From the NCBI GenBank assembly GCA_965218795.1, contig OZ244653.1, positions 4,224,001-4,288,000 of the forward strand: DNA of 64,000 nucleotides, written 5' to 3'. The notes beneath the pieces were generated by a model. It was given only the letters and a program-made list of their open reading frames with translations. It did no database searches and was not told the origin of the DNA. This DNA is from a bacterium (GTDB lineage: Bacteria; UBA8248; JACPRG01; G963555815). The position numbers and the translations under genes were made by a program. This document shows, one piece after another, positions 29,838 to 39,228 of this stretch (positions within the stretch are counted from its first letter, which is position 1; each line of letters opens with the position of its first letter).

Positions 29838-31025
29838 TTACTCTCCCTGATACGGGCAGACGATCAGCTCGAACGGCAGCGATTCGCTCAGCACCTCGGT
29901 TCCCGTTTCCGTCACGAGCACGTTCTGCTCCATGTTGAAGCCCGACAGGCCCTTCCAGTAGAAGGGGGTCTCGACCGCGAAAACCATGCCGGGCTGGAAG
30001 GTCCGCTTTTCTCCGGGTTCGATGAAGGGGTATTCTTCCACCTCGATGCCCACGCTGTGTCCCATCATCCCCCGCTTGTAGTGAGGGTAGCCGTTTTCCT
30101 TCACGTACTCCACGCCGATGGGGAAGATGTCCTCCATGGGAACCCCGGGCTTGATGGCCGCGATCATCCGGAGCGTGGACTCCTTCATCAGGGCGTTGAG
30201 CTCGTGGATTTCATCGCTCGCTTCGTGGATGCACATGGTCCGGGCCAAGTCCGAGGTGTAGTGCCGGTAGACGCCTCCGATATCCCAGCGGACGGGGTCG
30301 CCTTTTTTGCCCACGTAGTCGTCCATGCCCGCCTGATGATAGGGGTCCGCCCCGTTGATTCCGAGGCCCATCGTCGTGTGCCACCAAAGGCAGTCGCGCT
30401 TGAGGAAGCCCTCCTTGAGCGCGCGGAGGACCCGGGTCTCCGGAACGCCGTCGTCAATCGCGCGGCACATGTCCTTGATCGCTTCGCAGGTCCTGTGATT
30501 GGCCTCGCGCGTCAGATCGATCTCCCTCGGCGTCTTCACCATCTTCATGTCGATGACGGCCTCCCGGGCGTCTTCGAATGTTGCGCCCGGCAGCTCGTTC
30601 CGGAGCGTCTCCGCGTGCATCGCGGGGAGGTCGTCCATCTCGATGCCGATGACGGCGTTGCTCAAGTGGTTCTCCCCGATGGCTTTGATGAGTCCCTTCA
30701 TGGCTCCGGATTCGTACATGTCCGGAATCGTCTCGCCCTCGGGCAACTCGAGGTGCATGCCAGTGGGCGTGAAGCCGATCCGGGGATGCTCCTTGAGCTT
30801 TTCCAGGTACATCGAAGTCCCGTAGCTGACGATGAGCCGGGGCTCTCCCTCCCTGGGCACCAGGACGAAAACCGGGCCGATGCGCCTCAGCATGAAGAGG
30901 ATGGTGTTGCGCGAGGTCGGAAGACAGTCCAGACCGCTGGTGTAAAAGACGTTCTCGGACGATGAGGCGATGAGCGCGTCGAGATTTCTCTCTTTCAGAA
31001 TGGCCTGCACGCGCGAAAGGTCCAT
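29838..31025 (-). CDS. Xaa-Pro peptidase (M24) family protein
   Basis: creatinase-like N-domain; D..D (DIGGVYRHYTSD), GHSVG, VETP, MEQ metal ligands. Confidence 0.88.
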   Translation of the reverse strand: MDLSRVQAILKERNLDALIASSSENVFYTSGLDCLPTSRNTILFMLRRIGPVFVLVPREGEPRLIVSYGTSMYLEKLKEHPRIGFTPTGMHLELPEGETIPDMYESGAMKGLIKAIGENHLSNAVIGIEMDDLPAMHAETLRNELPGATFEDAREAVIDMKMVKTPREIDLTREANHRTCEAIKDMCRAIDDGVPETRVLRALKEGFLKRDCLWWHTTMGLGINGADPYHQAGMDDYVGKKGDPVRWDIGGVYRHYTSDLARTMCIHEASDEIHELNALMKESTLRMIAAIKPGVPMEDIFPIGVEYVKENGYPHYKRGMMGHSVGIEVEEYPFIEPGEKRTFQPGMVFAVETPFYWKGLSGFNMEQNVLVTETGTEVLSESLPFELIVCPYQGE

Positions 31026-31112
31026 TAACACAGTGAATCTCCTCGATCGGGTTTCAATGGGATCTCAAGGAAACTGCAATAGCTTTGTCCCGTAGGGACA
31101 AAATACCTTCGG

Positions 31113-32555
31113 TTACGATGTAACCACTACCCCATCCTCCGCGGATGGCGGGCCCGCGTCGTTTGGCTCATGCTGATCGTCAGATTGGTCTGACTCCGAC
31201 TGCGAGCCGACGTCACCATTGCGCCTTTCGCTTGCTTCGACGATATCGGTTTCCTGAATGGGGTCGTGTTTATCAATTGATGGAGGTGGAGGAGCCCAAG
31301 GCCGTAAATTCTGACCGATACGATCGTAGAAATCCGGTATCAGATGTTCCAAATCTTCTATGAAGGTTCGTCGCCCAGAGAACCGGCCAGCGAGATCTCT
31401 GATCATGACAACTTCGAAGCTTGTCGGTGCTGCACCCGGACGATCGCTCTCAAGACACTTGGAGTCTGCCTCGATCTCCGACAATGACGCCTGAGTTGGT
31501 CTCCTTCTCCCGAGCCAGAATGCCCGAACGATCACATCGTCGCCATCAACGCCTTGCAACTGTCGAACGAGCCAGTTTATCCTCGCGCTGGCTCGCTTCC
31601 TGTCACTCGGAGCATTGAGCTTCATAGAGCAGGAGACCGTTCGGCGTTGCAAATTTGCTGTTACTTCGAGATCGCTGGCAGCATTTGGTACACTGAAGAA
31701 ATAGCTCAACTCCTGCGAAGCAATCAACGAATCGCATGCATCTCGGAGCCGAAGTGCGGGATCTACCTGATGCTTACGCGAAAGGCGGATACCGACCCGT
31801 TCGCCGATACGGCGGCTCAATATCAGACATACATCTCTTTCTTCCTGATGACAGCTCGCAACGGTATTTTCGATCTCGGGCGAAGATCGCTTGAACGGTT
31901 GCTCATTTCGAATTCCAAGGACGAGCGACCGCCATTCTGAGTTCATTTGATCAAAACGTTTGACTCCAGAACTCGGATGTTCGAAATAGCGTGCCATCTC
32001 TTCAAGAATAAAAGCTTGTTCTCGACTTATCCCTTCTTTATCTCTCAAAATCAATGATGCTTGGGTGAGCACGCTAATCCAAGAAATATGAAAAAATTTG
32101 ACACGATTACTGAGCCTCTTCGGAACTGAATAGGGAACATGTGATGGTAAAGGCACCAGTTGATTTGACAACGTGATCACTGCATCGATCCCGTATTCGC
32201 GTGCTATCTCTGCATATCTATGCACTTGCTCTTCGCTTATCTTAGTTTGGTCGATCTTTGCTTCGAGAAGCGCTGTCCACCGGGCCTTACGCGTCAATAG
32301 GCTCAAAACACCGTCGGGCCGGTCTTTGCTGCTTCCGTCGGAAGCTACAAATTCGACCTCTGTAGCTGCGTGTAGGTTGGATGTCTTCCCCATCCTTACC
32401 CCACAACGCTCCAATAGTTGTTCGGCAAACGGATGCACCACGGACAGTGTCGCAAGAAGAACGGATACTATTCGCTCTTCCTTGCTGGATTCGGCAACGG
32501 TAGGGATGAGCCTTGCGCGTTGGGCATCTCTCAAAATGGCGTCGAGAGCACTCAT
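31113..32555 (-). CDS. hypothetical protein with a PD-(D/E)xK nuclease-like motif
   Basis: RPDG...LLEAK and QVHRY motifs; lower GC than the flanks. Confidence 0.7.
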   Translation of the reverse strand: MSALDAILRDAQRARLIPTVAESSKEERIVSVLLATLSVVHPFAEQLLERCGVRMGKTSNLHAATEVEFVASDGSSKDRPDGVLSLLTRKARWTALLEAKIDQTKISEEQVHRYAEIAREYGIDAVITLSNQLVPLPSHVPYSVPKRLSNRVKFFHISWISVLTQASLILRDKEGISREQAFILEEMARYFEHPSSGVKRFDQMNSEWRSLVLGIRNEQPFKRSSPEIENTVASCHQEERDVCLILSRRIGERVGIRLSRKHQVDPALRLRDACDSLIASQELSYFFSVPNAASDLEVTANLQRRTVSCSMKLNAPSDRKRASARINWLVRQLQGVDGDDVIVRAFWLGRRRPTQASLSEIEADSKCLESDRPGAAPTSFEVVMIRDLAGRFSGRRTFIEDLEHLIPDFYDRIGQNLRPWAPPPPSIDKHDPIQETDIVEASERRNGDVGSQSESDQSDDQHEPNDAGPPSAEDGVVVTS

Positions 32556-32633
32556 GATGACTGCATTCCTCTGTTAAGGTCAGAAGAAAATCCACTATAT
32601 CAAGGACTTGAGCGATGATCGAGTGTATCAGAC

Positions 32634-32770
32634 TCAAGCTCTGGGGTCGAGCTTCCGTTGAACTGCTCCCGCCACGAGCTCGGCGGCACCGATCAGGGTG
32701 GCGTCGTCGAGATGCGCGTAGCGGTTGGTGGTGGTCGTGCGTCGGTGGCCGAGCAGACGTCCCGTAAGGT
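32634..32770 (-). pseudogene. C-terminal fragment of a tyrosine recombinase/integrase
   Basis: GRLLGH...TTNRYAH box II motif; upstream part replaced by repeats. Confidence 0.75.
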
Positions 32771-32792
32771 CGTTACCCCGGTACGACCGCAT

Positions 32793-33176
32793 GGATTCCT
32801 GCTGTCGCCTGTCCCCGAAGGTTTCTATCGGGGGCAGGAATGACCAACGACTCAGACAGTGCGGAATTCCCACACTTTCGTCGAACTCCCCCTGTCCAAC
32901 CCTTTTGATTGTCATTCCCGCGCAGGCGGGAATCCAGGATGCAGGGGCGGCGCCCCTACACCCGCCACAAGGACTCCTGCGGAACCTCCCAACCCGTCAT
33001 TTCCGTTGGCCTGCCCCCGAACGTTTCAGTCGGGAAATGGATAATGGATTCCTGCTGCAACCTGTCCCCGAAGGTTTCTATCGGGGGCAGGAATGACCAA
33101 TCGAAGTCGCGTGGAGCCCCGCTCGTCATTCCCGCGAGGCTTGTCCTCGAGTGCTTGAGTCGGGGAGCGGGAAACC
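32793..33176. repeat. cluster of GTCATTCC..GGAATCC REP-like palindromes, simple and loop-expanded
   Basis: 52-bp near-identical copies at 32793-32844 and 33046-33097; simple copy at 32911-32935; variant at 33125-33176. Confidence 0.8.
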
Positions 33177-33474
33177 GGATTGGCCGGATCATAGCGGTCG
33201 GTGGCGAGTGCTTCCGTCGCGCCCCGCCGATTGACACGGGCGGGAGGCGCTCGCCATGAATCGGTTGAAGTCCGAATTTCAAGGTCTCGATGGATGCCGT
33301 TATGGCTCATTGAGTCATGGGCCGCGGGTTCCCCAGGTCATGAGAGGCGAAGGTCCGAAACGGAAAATGTGCTATATTGGAGGCGCTCATTCTCCCATGG
33401 AAGGAGCGCCTTTCGAACGATGTGACCCGTTCTTCTCATGATCGGGAGTGGCGAAACGAAGGGAAAGAACTCTC

Positions 33475-34110
33475 ATGCCGAACATCACAATGCTGGACAT
33501 CGAGGACCTGGAGAGCACAAAGCTCGGGCCTTTTATCAAGAAGAGTCTCAAGCACCGTGCTCCCGACCCGGCTTTTCACGCGATGATGGGCCACAACATC
33601 GAGCTGACCCAGGCGATGTTCATCGCCTGGGGGACCGTCTTCAATACCGGGAAGATCGACCACAAGCTGAAAGAGATCATTCGCGTGCAGTTGTCCCGAA
33701 TGGTCGATTGTAATTACTGAGGCAACGTCCGGTCCGCTTCGGCGAAGCGGCAGGGGCTGACGGAAGAGATCATCGATGAGGGAATTGAAAACTACGAGAA
33801 GAGCGATCGATTCACCGAGGCCGAAAAACTCGCCCTGCGCTACAGCGAGTGGATGGGCGACGACCCGGGAAAGATCGATGCCGCCTTCTACGAAGCGCTG
33901 AGGAAGCATTACACCGAAGAGGAAATCGTCGAGCTGGGGGTCTTCATCGGCTTCAACGTCGGCTACCACACCTTCTTCGGGACCCTCAAATTTTATCCCA
34001 TGTTCGACAAGGAGGGGAACCTGGTCAGTCAGGAGGAGTCCGCACGGGTGTACGGATGTCGGCCCGTTTCGCATCTGAAACAGCCGGAAGAAGCGGCCCC
34101 CGTCGCCTGA
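33475..34110 (+). CDS. AhpD/carboxymuconolactone decarboxylase family selenoprotein (CxxU), 211 aa
   Basis: KEIIRVQLSRMVDCNY-TGA(33718-33720)-GNVRSASAKRQGLTEE continues without a stop into ORF 33853..34110 (EKLALRY, HYTEEEIVELG). Confidence 0.88.
33734..33750 (+). promoter_or_regulatory. candidate bacterial SECIS hairpin
   Basis: perfect CCGCTTC-GGC-GAAGCGG stem-loop, loop at +21 from the UGA; possible lower stem CGTC/GACG. Confidence 0.7.
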
Positions 34111-34142
34111 TTTGTCCTGACTTCGCTCGAGGAGTGAGCCTG

Positions 34143-34745
34143 TTGCCTCATATCGATCCCGTCCGCCCGGAGGATGTCCGGGACCCCGGTTTCTCCGAGA
34201 TTCGCAAAACCTGCGAAGAGCTTCAGGTGCCGGATGACCTCTTTCTGGGCATCCTCGGTCACGTGCCCGGATATGCAAAAGCGTTGACGGATGCCATGAT
34301 CGAATCGCATGCGAAGGGGAACGTCGACCACAAGCTGAAGGAGATCATCCGTGTCCGGCTCGCAAGAACGGCCCAGGATACGTATTTCGCCAATCTCCGA
34401 TCGCGCGAGGCGCAGGCCGAAGGTCTGACGGAGGAGAGGGTCGAGGCGGGGTCGGGGGATTTCGAGAACGATACCCGATTCACCGAGGCCGAAAAACTCG
34501 CGCTGCGGTATGCGGACTGGATGTATCGTGGTGACCCGAAGAAGCTGGACGCCGCCTTCTATGACGAGATGAAAAAGCATTTCACCGAAGCGCAGATCAT
34601 GGAACTGGGCTCCTTCATCGCCCTTCATTACGGGATGCAGGTGTTTATGCGCACGCTTCGGGCCTTCCCCGCGCGCGACCGCGAGGGGAACCCGGTCGAT
34701 CAGAACCAATCAGAAAAAATCTACGGCTCCGAAGCCGGGCGGTAA
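34143..34745 (+). CDS. AhpD/CMD family paralog lacking the CxxC/U motif
   Basis: DHKLKEIIRVRLARTAQDTYF aligns with DHKLKEIIRVQLSRMVDCNYU; TTG start 8 nt after GAGGAG. Confidence 0.82.
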   Translation: MPHIDPVRPEDVRDPGFSEIRKTCEELQVPDDLFLGILGHVPGYAKALTDAMIESHAKGNVDHKLKEIIRVRLARTAQDTYFANLRSREAQAEGLTEERVEAGSGDFENDTRFTEAEKLALRYADWMYRGDPKKLDAAFYDEMKKHFTEAQIMELGSFIALHYGMQVFMRTLRAFPARDREGNPVDQNQSEKIYGSEAGR

Positions 34746-34921
34746 CTGAAGGGCAAGGTCCGGACCGGTTGTCCATCGCCCCCTTGAGGGATGTGTCGAG
34801 GTTTGCGCGGACAATGCGGCCGGCCCGAGAGTTTCCTTGCGCCCGGAGCTGCGTAGAGGCATGAGAGGGGCGACATCGATTGACGCTGGTGACCCAAAGC
34901 AGTGGAGAAGGAGGTCCTCGC

Positions 34922-35524
34922 ATGGCGGAAGAGACAAAAATTCATGTGCCGGGCGGAGAGGGAAGGGCGTTCGAAGCCAAGGCCGGGCAGGTCGTTGCCG
35001 TGGTGAATCTGGAGGGAAAACAGGTCGCGGACTTCTGGGCGTTCAACGCAAAGAATTTCGATGAGCCCCTCGGTGCCAACCATACGGTGGTCCACATTGG
35101 AAGACTGTTCCCCCAAGTGGGGGATGAGCTGCTGACCGATATGCGGAACCCGATCCTGGAAGTGACGCGGGACGATTGCGGACGCCACGACATGATGATC
35201 GCCGCGTGCGACATTCGACGCTATGAAATCTACTACAACGTCTCGGGCCACCGGAACTGCATAGACAACGCCCTGGAGGCCCTCGCCTCCAGGGCGGTCG
35301 AGCGCCGCCAGCTGGCCCAGCCGATCAACCTGTTTCAACACATGGGTTACGGCGACGACGGGAGCCTGGAGTTCCGCGAATCTCTCGCCCAGCCGGGCGA
35401 CCGGATCGTATTCCGGGCCTTGATGGACGTGGTCGGTTGCGTGTCCGCGTGTCCGATGGATCTGAACCCGATCTCCGGAGGCAGGATCACGGATCTGGAA
35501 ATCCTGATCTCGGATTCCGCGTAA
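34922..35524 (+). CDS. DUF1989 / urea carboxylase-associated family protein
   Basis: GKQVADFWAFN, HDMMIAAC, HRNC, INLF, SACPMD; AGGAGG SD. Confidence 0.88.
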   Translation: MAEETKIHVPGGEGRAFEAKAGQVVAVVNLEGKQVADFWAFNAKNFDEPLGANHTVVHIGRLFPQVGDELLTDMRNPILEVTRDDCGRHDMMIAACDIRRYEIYYNVSGHRNCIDNALEALASRAVERRQLAQPINLFQHMGYGDDGSLEFRESLAQPGDRIVFRALMDVVGCVSACPMDLNPISGGRITDLEILISDSA

Positions 35525-35547
35525 GGCCGGGAAATGCGCGCCGCCGT

Positions 35548-35884
35548 GTGAGTGCATCTCGCGCCCGCCGTTGACGAGAACCGTCCGACCCGTGATGTAT
35601 GCGGCCTGATCCGAAGCCGGGAACGATACGAGCGACGCGGCGTCTTCGGGCCCGCCGATTCGCTCCAACGTTGTCCGCTTTGCCGCCTTCGCTTGGTACT
35701 CCCCGCACATCGGGCGTCCGTCACCGATACCCGTTGCCGCGGCCCCGGGAGCGGCGCGGACCACCCGAATCTCGGGGGCCGGATGCCGGGCGCTCCACTT
35801 CGTCATCATGACCCGGCCGATCTGCGCGACGTGACAGGGCAGGCTTTGGGGAACCGTGACGAACGCCAACTCGGACCCGATGGA
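35548..35884 (-). pseudogene. 5'-truncated, degenerate paralog of the adjacent SDR
   Basis: IGSELAF...PGAAATGIGDGR...YITGRTVLVNGGR parallels the SDR C-terminal half; no Rossmann N-terminus. Confidence 0.7.
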
Positions 35885-35918
35885 ACGGTCCGCGGGCGGC
35901 GTCGGGTGAAGCCCCGAG

Positions 35919-36665
35919 TTACCGGCAAATGCGTCCTCCGTTCACCAGGTAGGTTTGACCGGTGATGAAGCCGGCCTCGCCGGAGACCAGGAAGGCAACG
36001 AGGCTTGCGACGTCCTCGGGCTGTCCGAACCGGTCCATCGGGGTCTCGGCTGCAACGGCCTCCTGAACTTCGGGTCTGAGAAACCTGCCGTCGCCGATGC
36101 CCGTCGCGGTCGCTCCGGGACAGACGCAGTTCACGCGAATCTCCGGGCCCAGATCGTGCGCCAGCCATTGGGTCATGGATATTCGCCCGCTTGCCGAGAT
36201 GTGGTAGGGGAGGGTTTGGTATTTCGGTTTGAAGGCCAGCTCCGATCCGGTGATGACGATCACGCCTCCGCCCGCTTGCCGCATTCGCGGAACCGCCTCC
36301 CGCGTGCAGTAGAAATGGCTCTTCAGGTTGACGGCCAGAATCTGGTCCCACAACTCGTCGGTGATGTCCTCCAGCTTTGGAGCGGGGATTGCGATCCCTG
36401 CATTGTTCACCAAGATGGAGAGGGGGCCAAGGGCAGCGTCCACCTCCCGGAAGAGGGATTCCACCTCATCTTTTCGGGAGACATCCCCCCCGACCGCAAC
36501 CGCGCGGACGCCAAGCTCTTCAGCCTTTCGTGCGCCCGCTTCCGCCCGTTGCCGACCCGTCTTGTAGTGAAAGGCCACGTCGTGCCCGTTACGGGCGAGT
36601 TTCAACCCGATGGCCTGGCCGATACCGCCGCTCGCCCCCGTCACCAGGGCGACCTTTCGCTCCAT
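35919..36665 (-). CDS. SDR family NAD(P)-dependent oxidoreductase
   Basis: TGASGGIG, VNNAG, FITGQ; YHISA in place of the canonical YxxxK. Confidence 0.9.
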   Translation of the reverse strand: MERKVALVTGASGGIGQAIGLKLARNGHDVAFHYKTGRQRAEAGARKAEELGVRAVAVGGDVSRKDEVESLFREVDAALGPLSILVNNAGIAIPAPKLEDITDELWDQILAVNLKSHFYCTREAVPRMRQAGGGVIVITGSELAFKPKYQTLPYHISASGRISMTQWLAHDLGPEIRVNCVCPGATATGIGDGRFLRPEVQEAVAAETPMDRFGQPEDVASLVAFLVSGEAGFITGQTYLVNGGRICR

Positions 36666-36700
36666 GGTCTCAGTCCTCTGGCGGGATGACGCGTTCGAAG

Positions 36701-36735
36701 AAAGAAGAAGGGCTCACCACCGGCGGGTGAGCCCT
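36701..36735 (-). terminator. terminator after ftsZ
   Basis: AGGGCTCACC...GGTGAGCCCT 10-bp stem followed by a pyrimidine tract on the minus strand. Confidence 0.65.
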
Positions 36736-36773
36736 CTCGATCCTTTTCAGTATGCGTGTCTTCTGCGTCTTCG

Positions 36774-37913
36774 TCAATCGGCCTTGTTGCGGAGGAAGGT
36801 GGGCGTGTCCAGTTCGTCCTCTTCGTAAGCCTGATAGGCGAGGGACCCGCTGGTCGGCAGGTGCACGCCCGATGGGTTCCGCGTACGAATGTGCGTGGGG
36901 ATTTCCAGATCCTGCTGGACCACGGACTTGAGAACCGGCTCGCCGGCCTTCTTCTCGCCGAATCCCGTCGCGATGACGGTCACCCGGACCTCCCCCTGCA
37001 TGCCCTCGTCGAGAACGGCTCCGAACATGATGTTGGCGTCGTCGTGGGACGCATCGTAAATGAGCTGGGCGGCCTCGTGGATTTCGTGAAGGGTGATGTC
37101 CTCGCCGCCGGTGACGTTGAAGAGAATCCCGCGTGCGCCCTCGATGGAAGCCTCCTCCAGGAGCTGACTGGAGATGGCCTGCTGGGTGGCCTCGACGGCC
37201 CGGTTCTCCCCGGTGGCTTCGCCGGTCCCCATCAAGGCCATGCCCATATCGGCCATAATGGTCTTGACGTCGGCGAAGTCCAGGTTGATCAGTCCGGGCT
37301 TGATCACCAGGTTGGAGATCCCCTCCACGGCTTGGCGCAGGACATCATTGGCCAGGGCGAACGCCTCGGCCATCTTGGTGGTGCGCACCACGGCGTTCAT
37401 CAGCCGCTGGTTGGGAATGGTGATGACGGTGTCGCACGCCTCCTTGAGCTCCGCCAAGCCGTCATCAGCCTGCGAAAGGCGCTTCTTGCCTTCAAAGACG
37501 AAAGGTTTGGTCACGACGCCGACTGTCAGCGCGCCGCAATCCCGCGCGATGGACGCGATGACCGGAGCCGCGCCCGTCCCCGTTCCGCCGCCCATGCCGG
37601 CCGTGATGAAGACCATGTCGGTATCCACCATGAGCTCGGAGATTCGTTCGGAGTCCTCCAAGGCGGATTTTCGGCCCACCTCGGGATTGGCGCCGGTTCC
37701 GAGTCCCTTGGTGAGCTTGGCTCCGAGCTGGAGTTTGGTGGATGCGGCGGAATAGTCCAAGGCTTGCAGATCCGTGTTGGCTGCGATGAATTCGACCCCG
37801 TCGACATTGGCTGAGATCATGGCATTGACCGCGTTTCCCCCGGCCCCGCCCACGCCGAAGACCTTCAACCGTGCACCGATGTTTCTTTCTTCGCCTAGTT
37901 CAAACAACATCAT
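36774..37913 (-). CDS. ftsZ: cell division protein FtsZ
   Basis: [29 protein letters not shown] tail. Confidence 0.98.
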   Translation of the reverse strand: MMLFELGEERNIGARLKVFGVGGAGGNAVNAMISANVDGVEFIAANTDLQALDYSAASTKLQLGAKLTKGLGTGANPEVGRKSALEDSERISELMVDTDMVFITAGMGGGTGTGAAPVIASIARDCGALTVGVVTKPFVFEGKKRLSQADDGLAELKEACDTVITIPNQRLMNAVVRTTKMAEAFALANDVLRQAVEGISNLVIKPGLINLDFADVKTIMADMGMALMGTGEATGENRAVEATQQAISSQLLEEASIEGARGILFNVTGGEDITLHEIHEAAQLIYDASHDDANIMFGAVLDEGMQGEVRVTVIATGFGEKKAGEPVLKSVVQQDLEIPTHIRTRNPSGVHLPTSGSLAYQAYEEDELDTPTFLRNKAD

Positions 37914-37960
37914 TGGTTGGCTCCCTGCATTGAGTTTATCTTCTCCACTCTCCTGCGGTT

Positions 37961-39202
37961 TCACTGAAACACCCTTGCCAACACCGATTTCACCTGTTGG
38001 ACGACATCCCCCAGACTTCCAGCGTGACCGTTGCCTCCCTGCCAGGAGGAACGGACCTTCTCGTTGAGACCGTATAAGAGGAGACCGATACCCGTGGCGT
38101 GAATCGGACTCCGCACCATTTGGACCAGGCCGCCGCCGACCCCTTCGGGGATTCCCCGACGGACCGGGATGCCGATGACCTCTTCGGCCGATTCCGGCAT
38201 GCCTTCGAGCAGCGTCGCCCCCCCCGTAATGACAATCCCCGATGCAATCACCTCGTCATATCCGCTCTTTTGGATCTCCCGCCGGACCACGCGGAAAAGC
38301 TCCTCCACGCGCGGCTCGATGATCTCGCACAGAACGCGGCGGGAGAGGATGCGGGGCTCGCGCCCGCCGATGCTGGGCACTTCGATGGTTTCATTCCGGT
38401 CCACGAGGCCCGCCTTGGCGCAGCCATACCGCCGCTTGATCCGCTCCGCCTCCCGCGTCGGCGTCCGGAGACCGACGGCCAGGTCCTTGGTGATGTGATC
38501 GCCTCCTACCGGGATGACCGAGGTATGCTGGATGGAATGGTCGTAAAAAGTGGCCAAGTCCGTCGTTCCACCGCCGATATCCACCAGTGCCACCCCAAGC
38601 TCGCGCTCGTCGTCGGTCAAACAGGCAAAGGATGACGCCAGCTGCTCCAGGATCAGCGATTTCGTCCGCAGGCCCGCTTGCTCCACGCTCCGGGTCAGGT
38701 TCTTGGCGGCCGTCACCGAACCCGTCACGATATGGGCCTTCCCTTCCAGACGTACGCCCGAGATCCCGAGCGGGTCCTGAATCCCGTCCTGGTTGTCCAC
38801 CACATAGCTCTGGGGAAGTACGTGAAGGAGCTGCTGATCCGGGGGCAGGTTGACCGCCTGCGCGGCCTCCAGAACGCGGGCCACGTCATCTTCGCAGACC
38901 TCCGAATTCCGCACCGCCACCGTCCCGTGACTGTTGAAGCTCCGGATGTGTCCCCCGGCGATGCCCACGTACACTTCGCCTACGGGGACATTCGCCATGA
39001 GTTGGGCTTCACCGACGGCGGCGACAATCGAGTCGACGGTCTGCTCGATATTGACGACGACGCCTTTCCGAAGCCCCTGGGAAGGGTGGATCCCCACGCC
39101 CAGGATGTCCAGCAGGCCGTCTTCCCCTCGTTCGGAGATCAGGGCGCACGTCTTGGTCGTCCCGATGTCAAGCGCGACGATGTATTCTCCCTTTCGGCTC
39201 AT
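37961..39202 (-). CDS. ftsA: cell division protein FtsA
   Basis: [21 protein letters not shown]; position in the dcw cluster. Confidence 0.97.
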   Translation of the reverse strand: MSRKGEYIVALDIGTTKTCALISERGEDGLLDILGVGIHPSQGLRKGVVVNIEQTVDSIVAAVGEAQLMANVPVGEVYVGIAGGHIRSFNSHGTVAVRNSEVCEDDVARVLEAAQAVNLPPDQQLLHVLPQSYVVDNQDGIQDPLGISGVRLEGKAHIVTGSVTAAKNLTRSVEQAGLRTKSLILEQLASSFACLTDDERELGVALVDIGGGTTDLATFYDHSIQHTSVIPVGGDHITKDLAVGLRTPTREAERIKRRYGCAKAGLVDRNETIEVPSIGGREPRILSRRVLCEIIEPRVEELFRVVRREIQKSGYDEVIASGIVITGGATLLEGMPESAEEVIGIPVRRGIPEGVGGGLVQMVRSPIHATGIGLLLYGLNEKVRSSWQGGNGHAGSLGDVVQQVKSVLARVFQ

Positions 39203-39228
39203 CTTGATCCCTCTCGCTGGCCGATGGA

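Noticed and set aside
33849-34142. 298-aa version of the second AhpD-like ORF
   Set aside because: The extension overlaps the Sec gene out of frame; paralog alignment and SD support a start at 34143
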